DNA from: a virus
Lineage: Duplodnaviria; Heunggongvirae; Uroviricota; Caudoviricetes
Direction: 5' to 3' (one strand)
Virus record (IMG/VR): IMGVR_UViG_2778261179_000006
Location: 488 to 64,487 of that record
Length of the DNA stretch: 64,000 nt
The translations under genes were made by a program, and so were the position numbers. How positions within the stretch are numbered: the first letter of the stretch is position 1; each line of letters starts with the position of its first letter. Under the pieces are notes generated by a model. It saw nothing but the letters and a program-made list of their open reading frames with translations. It searched no databases and was not told the origin of the DNA. Below are positions 54,454 to 64,000 of this stretch, one piece after another.

Positions 54454-56708
54454 ATACCCAAAACGTCATGAGCTACACCTCGAGTGTCCCCCTTACAAGA
54501 CACAGAACGTCTGGCAAAAAGATGTTCCACTCTGAAGCCACTGTCATGATAAAGCTCTCTGATGTTTGGCGCGCCACTGTTAGTAATGAGAACCTTTGCA
54601 CCTCGACGATGAGCATCCGTCAACAGAGACACCAGGCGTTTTTGCTCTTCAAACTTAAAGTCATGACCGGAATAGTTCGTGAATCCCTCTGTATTTGGAA
54701 GCGGTTCATACGGCGGATCGCAAAAGATGACATCTCCTTCTCCGGCAGCTTCAATCACCGCTGCAAAATCACCGCATACAAACTCAGACCGCCCTTCCGC
54801 ACCGAGGAAGGCTTCCATCTCCTGTAATGGGAAATACGGAGTTTTATACTTCCCATAACCGACATTGAACTCACCGGCCTGGTTGTAACGCGTCAATCCG
54901 TTAAAACAATGTCGGTTCAGGAACAAAAACGCCGCTGCGCGATGTAAATCATCATAGACTTGTTTGTTAAACGCATTCCGTACTGCCAGGAATCCCTCCT
55001 GGGTGTTGTAGTCCTGGAAGAAACGATGTGCCAGAGTGATAAGTGAATGCGCCTCGCGTTGCAGAGTCTTGTAAAAGTTAATCAGGTCAGCATTCACATC
55101 ATTTAGCAGATTTTCCTGGTATCCGGCATTCATGAAGACAGCTCCACCACCGACGAAAGGTTCAATCAGGCGCTTCCCTTCTGGCAAATAGCGAAAGATT
55201 TGTTCCAGAACACCAAATTTTCCACCAGCCCATTTGAATATGGACCGTTCGAATTCTGCCGCTGGTTTAACTTTTCGCTCTTTTGTTTCACGCCCTTCAT
55301 TCTGCCGACATGCAGCCTTGGTTATCCGCTCGCCAATCCAGCGCATTACTGGTATCGCCATACTATTGCCGATCGCTTTGTAACGCGGTCCGTCAGCTGC
55401 AAGCATCGCGGCCTCTTCTTCGCTTAAATCTGGATAGTGATTGCGAAGATATGCCAGTTCATCTGAATTAACTTTTTTACGCTTTTCCGTCGGGATCAAC
55501 GTATGCCCATCAGGAAAACCTTGCAGCCTTTCACATTCGACAGGGGTAAGACGGCGGACAGCTACTTCTGCGTTTCTTACTTCATAGCAAACAGCTGTTG
55601 GATTTTTAGCCATTAGAGATGGTGAAGTATTCTTAGTTGCAGCATGTTGTGTACCGCTCATACGCTCAGGAAAAGCCAATGTAACAAGATGCTCATGGCT
55701 TTCTTGCTCACGTGCCCGCAATGTACCATGCCCTTCTGACCAAAAACCTGCTCCTGTGCTGCTAAAAACGGCAAGGTCAGTGGCATCTTTAAAATCTCTT
55801 GCCTTTACTGTCGATGCGGTTTCATCGTCAATATATTCCCCAAATGCTGCCATCCTGAAAGCGTTTACGGCTTTCGTCGATTTCATACCGGGTGGCATGT
55901 CAGCGTGTAGGCATGGATTTAGGCTTTCGCCACTGATTGCAGCGCCATTTGCAATAATGGCGGAAGCGATTTCCTTCTTTTTTCGGCTCGGCGCAATATT
56001 CCGGCGCACGCCTTTGAACTCAAAAAGTACCGTTGCGGGATCGAGGTCTGTTCGAGCACTTGCGACAACAAACACGCGTCGGCGTCGTTGTGCCACTCCG
56101 AAGTATTGGGCATCAAGGATTCTCCAGGCCACCTTTCGCTGCGGTCCATAAATACAACCACACTGCGGCCACTTTGGAGCATGGCAACCGGTTTTGCCAT
56201 CCCACCGCCAGAACGCGTTACTTTTTCCTGATTCAGGTCGATCACCTGGTTCAAATGGCGCATCTTCTCCAGCCAATCCGGCAAGGAAACATCCGAAGGC
56301 GTTATCTGCCGATGACAGGACTCCTGGGACATTTTCCCAGACGATAACTGTCGGTTTGAGGAAGGACTCAGACCGTTTGTCGTCAATTGCATTTGCAAGC
56401 TCCACATACTTCAAAGTTAGCGCGCCGCGTTCATCATCAAGCCCACCACGTAAGCCCGCGATACTGAATGCCTGACAAGGCGTACCCCCGACGAGCACAT
56501 CAGGGGATTCGATTTCCCCAGCCAGGACTTTTTTGGCAAGTTTTGTCATGTCGCCAAGGTTGGCGACATGGGGCCAGCGGTGCGCAAGAACGGCAGATGG
56601 AAAAGACTCGATTTCAGCAAACCACACCGGACGCATACCCAACGGTTCCCAGGCAATACTCGCGGCTTCAATTCCACTGCAAACAGATCCATAGCACAGC
56701 TCTTTCAC
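54444..56708 (-). CDS. dmt: Dmt bifunctional DNA methyltransferase (C5-cytosine Dcm-like N-terminal domain, N6-adenine Dam-like C-terminal domain)
   Basis: 754 aa; N-terminal cytosine-MTase-type region ([11 protein letters not shown]...[12 protein letters not shown]), C-terminal Dam-like region with DPPY motif. Confidence 0.88.
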
Positions 56709-57724
56709 TGCTTAGCCTCTCCACCAAGGGCATTTACCAGAGCATCAACCAGGCACGAAATTTCACTGGTCAACAGGAAGAAATCTGCGTCCAGTCGCTG
56801 CGCAACATCTTCACTATCAATATCAGAGTTCTGCTCAAGCAATTCATCCGCAAATTTGACGCTGGTAAGGCTGAAGTTATGGTCCAGTGTAAATTTAATG
56901 CGGTTCTGCCAGTCGAGTGCCAACTTTGTGACGAGCTTGCCAGCTTCCAGGTGTGTGGAAATTTCATCGCTTCCCAAATCCTGCTTTTTCACTCGGGCAA
57001 TACCGCCATCCTCAAGCACTGCCTTAAGTTCTGCCGCATCCCCCATTTGAAATCCCTGTGGAGCACTACCATCACGTACCCAGTCGGTTAGCGTTAATTC
57101 AATGGGATTTTCAACACTTAGGGGAACAACAGGAAGAGAACCCAGAGATTTACGCATAAGCGCGAGCATATCCTCTGCCTGCCGCGAGCTGGCATTGATA
57201 TAGATACGTTTAGTTGAACCGTCGTAGATCGCCTGGATAACAGAAAACTTTGAAAAAGCCCGTGGCAGAAGAGAATGCAGAACTTCGTCTTTCAGGGAGT
57301 CCTTCTCTGTTTTCTTCAGTTTACGCGCTTGTTCTTGCTCAAGTTTTTCAATTTTTTCTTGAATAGCTCGCTGGATAACCGGCGGGGGAAGAATTTTTGT
57401 TTCGCGCTTTGCTTCAACAAGGATAAAACCATTTCCATGCATAGCGATAACTTCGGAATTATCACCAAATGGAGATACAAAACCGAACTTGGCCATATCC
57501 TGACTACCGCATGGCGTGAAAAGGATCATTTTCTTTTTATCTTCTAAGTCGGTCAGATCCGCCTCACGAGAAAGTTTATAAATAGTAATGTTTTTCCAGT
57601 GCTTAAACATGTTGTAACCCTTGAATATCAACCACAGAAAGCTCGTCTTTGTAGAAAAAGGCCAGGTTGTGGCACCCCCTCGTTTGAGCGTATGAGCTGG
57701 GACCAATTTCGTTCTTCCAGACAA
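56705..57724 (-). CDS. hrdC: HrdC, RdgC-like recombination-associated protein
   Basis: RdgC-like sequence from internal Met [12 protein letters not shown]; likely true start at 57610. Confidence 0.75.
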   Translation of the reverse strand: MSGRTKLVPAHTLKRGGATTWPFSTKTSFLWLIFKGYNMFKHWKNITIYKLSREADLTDLEDKKKMILFTPCGSQDMAKFGFVSPFGDNSEVIAMHGNGFILVEAKRETKILPPPVIQRAIQEKIEKLEQEQARKLKKTEKDSLKDEVLHSLLPRAFSKFSVIQAIYDGSTKRIYINASSRQAEDMLALMRKSLGSLPVVPLSVENPIELTLTDWVRDGSAPQGFQMGDAAELKAVLEDGGIARVKKQDLGSDEISTHLEAGKLVTKLALDWQNRIKFTLDHNFSLTSVKFADELLEQNSDIDSEDVAQRLDADFFLLTSEISCLVDALVNALGGEAKQ

Positions 57725-57959
57725 ATGGCTTCAAATCCGTACGGCGAAGCATAAAAACGCGATTTGTTCCGCTCTGATTCCCAATGAGGCAAAAGCCTTC
57801 TTTCACCTTGATAGCCTGCAAGTTGTCGAGTTCACCGCTGGTTACACGGCTATCGAACTCCTTGCGGCTTATTAGCTCCATCTGCATCTGACGACTCCAA
57901 ACAAATGCCCATTGAAGGGCGATGGCTGAATGGTACCGAAAACACGACATAAAAAACAA
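57603..57959 (-). CDS. uhr: Uhr-position protein (upstream of hrdC)
   Basis: 118-aa ORF overlapping the hrdC start; by position. Confidence 0.45.
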   Translation of the reverse strand: MFFMSCFRYHSAIALQWAFVWSRQMQMELISRKEFDSRVTSGELDNLQAIKVKEGFCLIGNQSGTNRVFMLRRTDLKPFVWKNEIGPSSYAQTRGCHNLAFFYKDELSVVDIQGLQHV

Positions 57960-57975
57960 TATTTATTAGAGCAAT
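57959..57975 (-). promoter_or_regulatory. C1 operator (16/17) in divergent promoter region
   Basis: Reverse complement ATTGCTCTAATAAATAT. Confidence 0.65.
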
Positions 57976-58056
57976 TTTGCAATAGTTGAACTCCGTGTAG
58001 ACCACAAACAACCTGAGTTAAAATAACGAAAATCAGGGCAAATAATTGGTGATGAC

Positions 58057-58341
58057 GTGGCAAGTATTGCAACAAAAGACAGCATTTGTTCGGGGCACGG
58101 AGGATTCCCATCCAGGCCTCCTGTAGAGAGTGAACCACTACTTAAAGTCAACGGAGTCGAAGTGTTAGTTGATGGTAAGCAATATGCACAGCATACCGAT
58201 GGAAACAGTACGCACGGTGGGCAAGCTATATCAACCAGGGCATGGTTTACCGTCAATGGTAAAGGGATCGTATGCGTTGGTGACCCTGTTTCATGCGGAT
58301 CTACCGTAGCGTCCGGAGACGGCCTGGTTCAGGTAAGTTAG
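58057..58341 (+). CDS. PAAR-like spike-tip protein (94 aa)
   Basis: Gly/Cys pattern CSGHGG ... VNGKGIVCVGDPVSCGS typical of PAAR repeats. Confidence 0.5.
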   Translation: MASIATKDSICSGHGGFPSRPPVESEPLLKVNGVEVLVDGKQYAQHTDGNSTHGGQAISTRAWFTVNGKGIVCVGDPVSCGSTVASGDGLVQVS

Positions 58342-58349
58342 GAGATATC

Positions 58350-59138
58350 ATGCTGGAAAAAGACTACCAGTTATCCGCATATAAAAAATTGGCCGCCGCC
58401 GGTGGGATGAAAACACCTGGTGCCATAACATCGGCACGAAACAGTGCTAACACAGCAAAACTGCTTGCAGAAGAATTGACCGGATTAATTCTGGATACAA
58501 TTGTCTATCCCGACACTATTACCAGCTATGTTTCAACGATCAGAACAACCGCAACCGGTTTAACGAATATTGGAGGGCTGGCAACTCAGCACGCGGACCT
58601 GTTGGCTGGTTATGCTGATCTGTCAATGCTCCTTCAACTCGATATTGGTTGGGATGTTTACTGTCGTGCTAATGAGCGAGAAGTTTCAGAACTGCCGATC
58701 TCTATTGCCATTGGTGATGTGACTATTACTAAATCGCTTGAGGACGCTGTAAACGCGCTTAATACATCAAGTTTAGTCGCTGCTATGGGGGAGATTAACC
58801 AGACCCTTAACACTGGCTCAGGAAGCTCGTCAGGCTCTGGTTCAGGCGGCGGCACTGCCACTCCCCCACCAGCACTAACAGAAGAGCAAATTGAATCTCT
58901 GAAAGTAGCAACTGAACAGTTTGGGGTTGTTTTCAACCAGACAACAGCACCCACAACTGCGTTACAACAGCAGTATGAACGAGCGAATGAAAGCGCCAAC
59001 GTAGCCATAACTGCTTATAACCATGCTATCGGTACCGCGCTTGCGGAAGCATCAGCAAATAAGGCCAGCACAGCCAGCGCAATCGCCGCTTTGGTTCCTG
59101 ATTCTGTTCTTGATGAATTAAACAAAGCGGCACAGTAA
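58350..59138 (+). CDS. Hypothetical protein with Gly/Ser-rich linker (262 aa)
   Basis: ORF track frame, using the internal Met MLEKDYQ to avoid overlap. Confidence 0.5.
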   Translation: MLEKDYQLSAYKKLAAAGGMKTPGAITSARNSANTAKLLAEELTGLILDTIVYPDTITSYVSTIRTTATGLTNIGGLATQHADLLAGYADLSMLLQLDIGWDVYCRANEREVSELPISIAIGDVTITKSLEDAVNALNTSSLVAAMGEINQTLNTGSGSSSGSGSGGGTATPPPALTEEQIESLKVATEQFGVVFNQTTAPTTALQQQYERANESANVAITAYNHAIGTALAEASANKASTASAIAALVPDSVLDELNKAAQ

Positions 59139-59177
59139 CAAAGGACTTCATTGATAATTTTTCTTCAGGAGGAAGAC

Positions 59178-59600
59178 ATGTCATTCTTTTCTACATTAAA
59201 AACAGCTTTGTCTTTGAAGGAGAAACTTGCTGCTACTGGTGTTCTTGTTCTGATTTGCGCACTTGTTGGTGCTGGGTTTGCGTGGGAACGTCATCAGCTA
59301 AAGCAAGCCATGGAGAAAATTGGCAGTCTTGATCAGGCTGTTAAGGAACGTGATAAGTCAATAATGGATCTTAACCAGGCCATTGAGACGATGAACAAAG
59401 CAGAGCAACATTTTCACAGCCAGGAAGTGAAAAATGAATCAGAACAAGCCAAGTATGCTGACAGGCAAATGGAACGAAAAGCTGAAGTTCAGAAACAACT
59501 GGTTGCGGCGGGTAATGTTCGCCAGCGTATTCCTGCTGACACTCAGCGGTTGCTCCGGGAGTCGATCAGCGAATTTAACGCCGACGCCGACAAAGGTTAA
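59178..59600 (+). CDS. i-spanin-like protein (Rz-like): N-terminal TM segment plus coiled-coil periplasmic domain
   Basis: AGGAGG 8 nt upstream; MSFFSTLKTALSLKEKLAATGVLVLICALVGAGFAW followed by helical Gln/Glu/Lys-rich region. Confidence 0.5.
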   Translation: MSFFSTLKTALSLKEKLAATGVLVLICALVGAGFAWERHQLKQAMEKIGSLDQAVKERDKSIMDLNQAIETMNKAEQHFHSQEVKNESEQAKYADRQMERKAEVQKQLVAAGNVRQRIPADTQRLLRESISEFNADADKG

Positions 59601-59766
59601 CCACCCTGCCCCCAAAAGTGCATTTATGTGCAGGATGCCAGAATTTAGCAGTGAATATTTTGATGATCTGCCAGCCTATATCCTTGATACAGAAACGATG
59701 CTGAAGGGGATTAACAGGAAGAATCGCAACGTTAATGATTACAACCGCGCTATCAGCGGTAACTAA
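59515..59766 (+). CDS. o-spanin-like lipoprotein (Rz1-like) overlapping the 3' end of the i-spanin gene in another frame
   Basis: Signal peptide with lipobox MFASVFLLTLSGC; Pro-rich mature part; overlapped architecture. Confidence 0.45.
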   Translation: MFASVFLLTLSGCSGSRSANLTPTPTKVNHPAPKSAFMCRMPEFSSEYFDDLPAYILDTETMLKGINRKNRNVNDYNRAISGN

Positions 59767-59777
59767 AAGGGATTTTT

Positions 59778-60170
59778 ATGTCTGATAAAGTAACAGTAAA
59801 GCAAACTATCAACAAAGCGACTTCAATCTACAAAATTGAGCACATCACTGTTGGCAAGCCAGGATCTGAACAATACCGTCATGCTTTCGAGCTTGCCGAT
59901 CAGCTTGGTTTAAAACACCCGGATTGCATCGAGCATGTATTTCCGACCTATGCTGATGAGCAATGTACTCATGTTCTTACCGAAGAGGATTTTTTCAGCA
60001 CTGAAGAACGAGAAGGCGTTGATCGCTGCATTGGTGTGATTTGTTCTTCGGTAAGTGATGAGTTATTCCCTAATGTGCCTGAATATGGTGGTATTGGATA
60101 CCAATTCCTGTACGAGGGCGATGAGCTTAAATGCTATGAACATGGTCTTCTCATCGAAAGCGTAGAATAA
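59778..60170 (+). CDS. Hypothetical protein (130 aa)
   Basis: ORF track; terminator hairpin follows. Confidence 0.5.
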   Translation: MSDKVTVKQTINKATSIYKIEHITVGKPGSEQYRHAFELADQLGLKHPDCIEHVFPTYADEQCTHVLTEEDFFSTEEREGVDRCIGVICSSVSDELFPNVPEYGGIGYQFLYEGDELKCYEHGLLIESVE

Positions 60171-60211
60171 TACGACTGCCTTCCAACCGGCTACGTTGGC
60201 CGGTTTTTCAC

Positions 60212-60470
60212 TTATCCACATTATCCACTGGATAGATCCAATAATCAGGTCCATACAGATCCCAATTAGATCCATATAGATCCCTGATCGTTGCAGGCCG
60301 CGCCACGTCTGGCTTAGAAGTGTATCGCGATGTGTGCTGGAGGGAAAACGATGTGTGCTGGAGGGATAAAAATGTGTGCTGACGGGTTGCTAATGTGTGC
60401 TGGCGGGATATAGGATGTGTGCTGACGGGAAAGCCTGGGTAGTTATCACCACTTATAAAAACTATCCACA
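60212..60470 (+). other. oriR: oriR plasmid replication origin: tandem DnaA boxes, five GATC sites, five 19-bp RepA iterons (incC), further DnaA-box-like sites
   Basis: TTATCCACA/TTATCCACT at 60212-60229; GATC at 60235, 60258, 60270, 60280, 60287; iterons at 60329-60432; TATCCACA at 60463-60470. Confidence 0.9.
60329..60432 (+). repeat. incC: incC: five direct 19-bp iterons (consensus GATGTGTGCTGGAGGGAAA)
   Basis: Five copies at 21-23 bp spacing read directly from sequence. Confidence 0.93.
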
Positions 60471-60488
60471 CAATTCGGAAAAAGTAAT

Positions 60489-61349
60489 ATGAATCAATCA
60501 TTTATCTCCGATATTCTTTACGCAGACATTGAAAGTAAGGCAAAAGAACTAACAGTTAATTCAAACAACACTGTCCAGCCTGTAGCGTTGATGCGCTTGG
60601 GGGTATTCGTTCCGAAGCCATCAAAGAGCAAAGGAGAAAGTAAAGAGATTGATGCCACCAAAGCGTTTTCCCAGCTGGAGATAGCTAAAGCCGAGGGTTA
60701 CGATGATATTAAAATCACCGGTCCTCGACTCGATATGGATACTGATTTCAAAACGTGGATCGGTGTCATCTACGCGTTCAGCAAATACGGCTTGTCCTCA
60801 AACACCATCCAGTTATCGTTTCAGGAATTCGCTAAAGCCTGTGGTTTCCCCTCAAAACGTCTGGATGCGAAACTGCGTTTAACCATTCATGAATCACTTG
60901 GACGCTTACGTAACAAGGGTATCGCTTTTAAGCGCGGAAAAGATGCTAAAGGCGGCTATCAGACTGGTCTGCTAAAGGTCGGTCGTTTTGATGCTGACCT
61001 TGATCTGATAGAGCTGGAGGCTGATTCGAAGCTGTGGGAGCTGTTCCAGCTTGATTATCGCGTTCTGTTGCAACACCACGCCTTGCGTGCCCTTCCGAAG
61101 AAAGAAGCTGCACAAGCCATTTACACTTTCATCGAAAGCCTTCCGCAGAATCCGTTGCCGCTATCTTTCGCCCGAATCCGTGAGCGCCTGGCTTTGCAGT
61201 CAGCTGTTGGCGAGCAAAACCGTATCATTAAGAAAGCGATAGAACAGCTTAAAACAATCGGCTATCTCGACTGTTCAATTGAGAAGAAAGGCCGGGAAAG
61301 TTTTGTAATCGTCCATTCTCGCAATCCAAAGCTGAAACTCCCAGAATAA
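60489..61349 (+). CDS. repA: RepA replication initiator
   Basis: 286 aa, flanked by iteron arrays on both sides. Confidence 0.95.
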   Translation: MNQSFISDILYADIESKAKELTVNSNNTVQPVALMRLGVFVPKPSKSKGESKEIDATKAFSQLEIAKAEGYDDIKITGPRLDMDTDFKTWIGVIYAFSKYGLSSNTIQLSFQEFAKACGFPSKRLDAKLRLTIHESLGRLRNKGIAFKRGKDAKGGYQTGLLKVGRFDADLDLIELEADSKLWELFQLDYRVLLQHHALRALPKKEAAQAIYTFIESLPQNPLPLSFARIRERLALQSAVGEQNRIIKKAIEQLKTIGYLDCSIEKKGRESFVIVHSRNPKLKLPE

Positions 61350-61635
61350 GTGTGTGCTGGAGGGAAGCTGCATTAAAAAAATGTGTGCTGCCGGGAAGGC
61401 TTGTCCAATTTCCTGTTTTTGATGTGCGCTGGAGGGGGACGCCCCGCAGTTTGCCCAGACTTTCCCTCCAGCACACATCTGTCCATCCGTTTTTCCCTCC
61501 AGTGCACATGTAATTCTCTGCCTTTCCCTCCAGCACACATATTTGATACCAGCGATCCCTCCACAGCACATAATTTAATGCGACTTCCCTCTATCGCACA
61601 TTCTGGTCCTGCATCATCCCTCCAGCACACATCTA
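61350..61635. repeat. incA: incA: nine iterons in both orientations (replication copy-number control locus)
   Basis: TGTGTGCTGGAGGGAA and reverse-complement TCCCTCCAGCACACAT copies between repA and parA. Confidence 0.9.
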
Positions 61636-61742
61636 ATAGCCACATCGCCATTTCTTTACGTGCAATAATTGACGCACGAATCAAAAAAAGTTGCACGTAG
61701 CAGAATCAAACGTACAATTCACTCATACGAAATGATAAGGAG

Positions 61743-62954
61743 ATGATGATGAAACGCGATTACGGCGGTGTCGGCACCATAGCTCTTCGTGCAAGCGCAT
61801 TACTTAAGGCCATGAGTCAGGATATTGAAGATCAGCGCAAAGAGTTCAATCAGACCGAGTATTATCAGACGTTCACTCGTAACGCTGTGGCAAAGTTGCC
61901 GAAGCTGAGCCGCCGTATTGTGGAGCAGGCCATCAAAGAGATGGAAGATGATGGGTACCAGTTCAACAAGAAACAGGTCGGTAACGTTGAACAGTACGCG
62001 CTGACCATCCAGAACGTCATTGATATCTATGCCCACCGTAAGATCCCCAAATATCGCGACATTCACAAATCGCCTTACGTTATTTTTGTCGTAAACCTGA
62101 AGGGTGGCGTATCCAAAACGGTTTCCACAGTCACGTTGGCGCACGCTCTGCGTGTGCATCAGGATTTACTGCGTCACGATCTACGCATTCTGGTAATTGA
62201 CCTTGACCCTCAGGCATCCAGCACAATGTTCCTCGACCATACTCACAGTATTGGTTCCATCCTGGAAACCGCCGCGCAGGCGATGCTGAACGACCTGGAC
62301 GCGGAGACGCTACGCAAAGAGGTGATTCGTCCGACCATCGTTCCTGGCGTAGACGTGATTCCAGCCTCTATCGACGATGGCTTTGTTGCCAGCCAATGGA
62401 AAGAGCTGGTTGAAGAGCATCTTCCCGGACAAAATCAGTACGAAATCCTTCGACGCAATATCATTGATCGTGTTGCGGATGATTATGACTTTATCTTTAT
62501 TGATACCGGTCCACACCTGGATCCGTTCCTGCTCAACGGTCTGGCGGCCAGCGATTTGCTGCTTACCCCTACCCCACCAGCCCAGGTTGACTTCCACTCA
62601 ACACTGAAATATCTCACCCGTCTGCCAGAAATGCTGGAGCAACTGGAGGAGGAAGGCGTAGAACCGCGTTTGAGCGCCAGCATTGGTTTTATGTCGAAGA
62701 TGACCGGCAAGCGCGATCACGAGACATCACACAGCCTTGCGCGTGAGGTTTACGCCAGCAACATTCTGGACTCTTCTCTGCCTCGTCTGGATGGCTTTGA
62801 GCGATGCGGCGAGTCTTTCGACACCGTAATCAGTGCCAACCCGCAATCGTATCCAGGCAGTGCAGAGGCGCTGAAGAAGGCACGAACCGAGGCCGAGCGT
62901 TTCACTAAGGCTGTGTTTGATCGAATTGAGTTTGTTAGGGGTGAGGCGGCATGA
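61743..62954 (+). CDS. parA: ParA partition ATPase (type Ia, with N-terminal DNA-binding extension)
   Basis: 403 aa; deviant Walker A NLKGGVSKT; homologous to P1 ParA but divergent N-terminus. Confidence 0.9.
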   Translation: MMMKRDYGGVGTIALRASALLKAMSQDIEDQRKEFNQTEYYQTFTRNAVAKLPKLSRRIVEQAIKEMEDDGYQFNKKQVGNVEQYALTIQNVIDIYAHRKIPKYRDIHKSPYVIFVVNLKGGVSKTVSTVTLAHALRVHQDLLRHDLRILVIDLDPQASSTMFLDHTHSIGSILETAAQAMLNDLDAETLRKEVIRPTIVPGVDVIPASIDDGFVASQWKELVEEHLPGQNQYEILRRNIIDRVADDYDFIFIDTGPHLDPFLLNGLAASDLLLTPTPPAQVDFHSTLKYLTRLPEMLEQLEEEGVEPRLSASIGFMSKMTGKRDHETSHSLAREVYASNILDSSLPRLDGFERCGESFDTVISANPQSYPGSAEALKKARTEAERFTKAVFDRIEFVRGEAA

Positions 62955-63916
62955 AAAAAATAGTTTCCCGTGGACGAGTGCTGGGCAAGAATAGCTCCGA
63001 GTTTGCTCGCATGCTTGAAGGCAGTGAAGGCACCAAAACCTTTACCCTAAAATCTGGCCGCCAGGCTAAATTCTTGCTTACCGTCGTGCTGAGTGGTGAG
63101 ATTGAGTCGCGCACGTTCGTTGACCCGGCAGTTAACGGCCGCGATCAGTCTCTGCTCACCCCTGAGTCGGTAAGCGATATTTCCCGCACCATTAAATTGC
63201 AACAGTTCTTCCCGGCTATCGGTCGTATGGTTGGGGAGCGCATTGAGGTATTGGACGGATCGCGTCGCCGCGCTGCGTGTATCTTCAATGAAACGAAATT
63301 TGAGATTCTGGTGACGAAAGATGAGATCAGCCTGGCGGATGCCCGCCAGCTGGCCATTGATATCCAGACAGCCCGCGAACACACTCTGCGCGAGCTGGGT
63401 AAACGCTTCGAGGTTATGTACGGTAAGAATATGACCAAAGAAGAGATCGCCCGAGCTGAGAACATCTCAAAGGCAAAAGTGACGCGAGCTTTCCAGGCTG
63501 CCGCGGTGCCGGATGAGATGATTGCTGTCTTCCCCGTAGCCAGCGATCTCGCCCTTCCAGATTACCAGTTACTGCTCCAGATCGCCGAGGATGCTAACGC
63601 TAAAAGCGTGCCGATTGAAGAGCTGGTTGATACGGTGCGCGAACGAATTGCAGAGACTGAGGGCGCGAAAGAGGATAAAGCGAAGATACTGGCTATCTTC
63701 AAAGCGGAAAGCAAAAGCCTGAAGCCCGCGCCGGTTAAATCTGTGGTGGTTGAGAAGCTGCGAGACTTCTCTGACCGTCGCCAATATGCCCGAAAGAAGT
63801 CCGATCCGAAAAAACGGGTTGTCGCCTACGAGTTCTCCAGACTCCCGTCTGAAGTGCAAACTGAAATTGACGAAGCAATAAAAAAAATCATTGGGAAAAT
63901 GTCTGCTGGGGAATAA
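62951..63916 (+). CDS. parB: ParB partition protein (centromere-binding)
   Basis: 321 aa; ParB motifs (LDGSRRR, KAKVTRA); overlaps parA stop; diverges from my recollection of P1 ParB at both ends. Confidence 0.85.
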   Translation: MKKIVSRGRVLGKNSSEFARMLEGSEGTKTFTLKSGRQAKFLLTVVLSGEIESRTFVDPAVNGRDQSLLTPESVSDISRTIKLQQFFPAIGRMVGERIEVLDGSRRRAACIFNETKFEILVTKDEISLADARQLAIDIQTAREHTLRELGKRFEVMYGKNMTKEEIARAENISKAKVTRAFQAAAVPDEMIAVFPVASDLALPDYQLLLQIAEDANAKSVPIEELVDTVRERIAETEGAKEDKAKILAIFKAESKSLKPAPVKSVVVEKLRDFSDRRQYARKKSDPKKRVVAYEFSRLPSEVQTEIDEAIKKIIGKMSAGE

Positions 63917-64000
63917 TCCCGCTGGTGGGAGGCGGCTTTAGCCCCCTCCCCTGTCTAAAATGTCCCGCGCCTATTTCATGTATAAATATATGATATATAT
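63917..64000. other. Probable start of the parS centromere region (truncated by window end)
   Basis: Position directly after parB; GC hairpin GGGAGG...CCTCCC and AT-rich tract with ATTTCAT heptamer; full site not visible. Confidence 0.3.

Noticed and set aside
60329-61635. Arrays of short repeats that could look like a CRISPR array
   Set aside because: Repeats are 19 bp, contiguous rather than separated by unique spacers, occur in both orientations and flank repA; they are RepA-binding iterons (incC/incA). No cas genes present.

Overview
This 64 kb window is a segment of a P1-like temperate phage-plasmid (Punavirus-type), in the reverse of the usual P1 map orientation. Recognised from the translated ORFs and DNA motifs: an ssb/lyz/pro/prt/darB/ulx/lxc block; the mat/ref/cra/cre/loxP recombination region; immC (coi, c1) with C1 operators; pacAB with a hexamer-rich pac site; lpa; the phd-doc addiction module; humD behind a LexA box; hot; a long leftward block of accessory genes (phosphatase ppp, glycosyltransferase-like, VRR-NUC, HAD-like, Ead/Ea22-like paralogs); a rightward baseplate-type operon; dbn/ban; three tRNAs (CAU, Thr, Asn); plp/upl; dmt; hrdC/uhr; a PAAR-like protein; an overlapped spanin pair; and the plasmid replicon oriR-repA-incA-parA-parB. 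Two loci stand out. (1) Between lxc and mat, where P1 (from memory) carries the res/mod type III R-M genes, sits an AT-rich two-gene cassette: a 346-aa protein of unknown fold plus a 169-aa protein with a DNPH1/nucleoside 2-deoxyribosyltransferase-like signature. I consider this the best candidate for an undescribed defence or abortive-infection system. (2) Left of ssb, where P1 carries IS1, there is an operon of three tyrosine-recombinase-fold genes plus a small fourth gene that runs off the window edge, resembling the core module of Tn554-like or strand-biased circularizing integrative elements. All names rest on my recollection of P1 proteins and on motifs read directly from the sequence; no database search was run.
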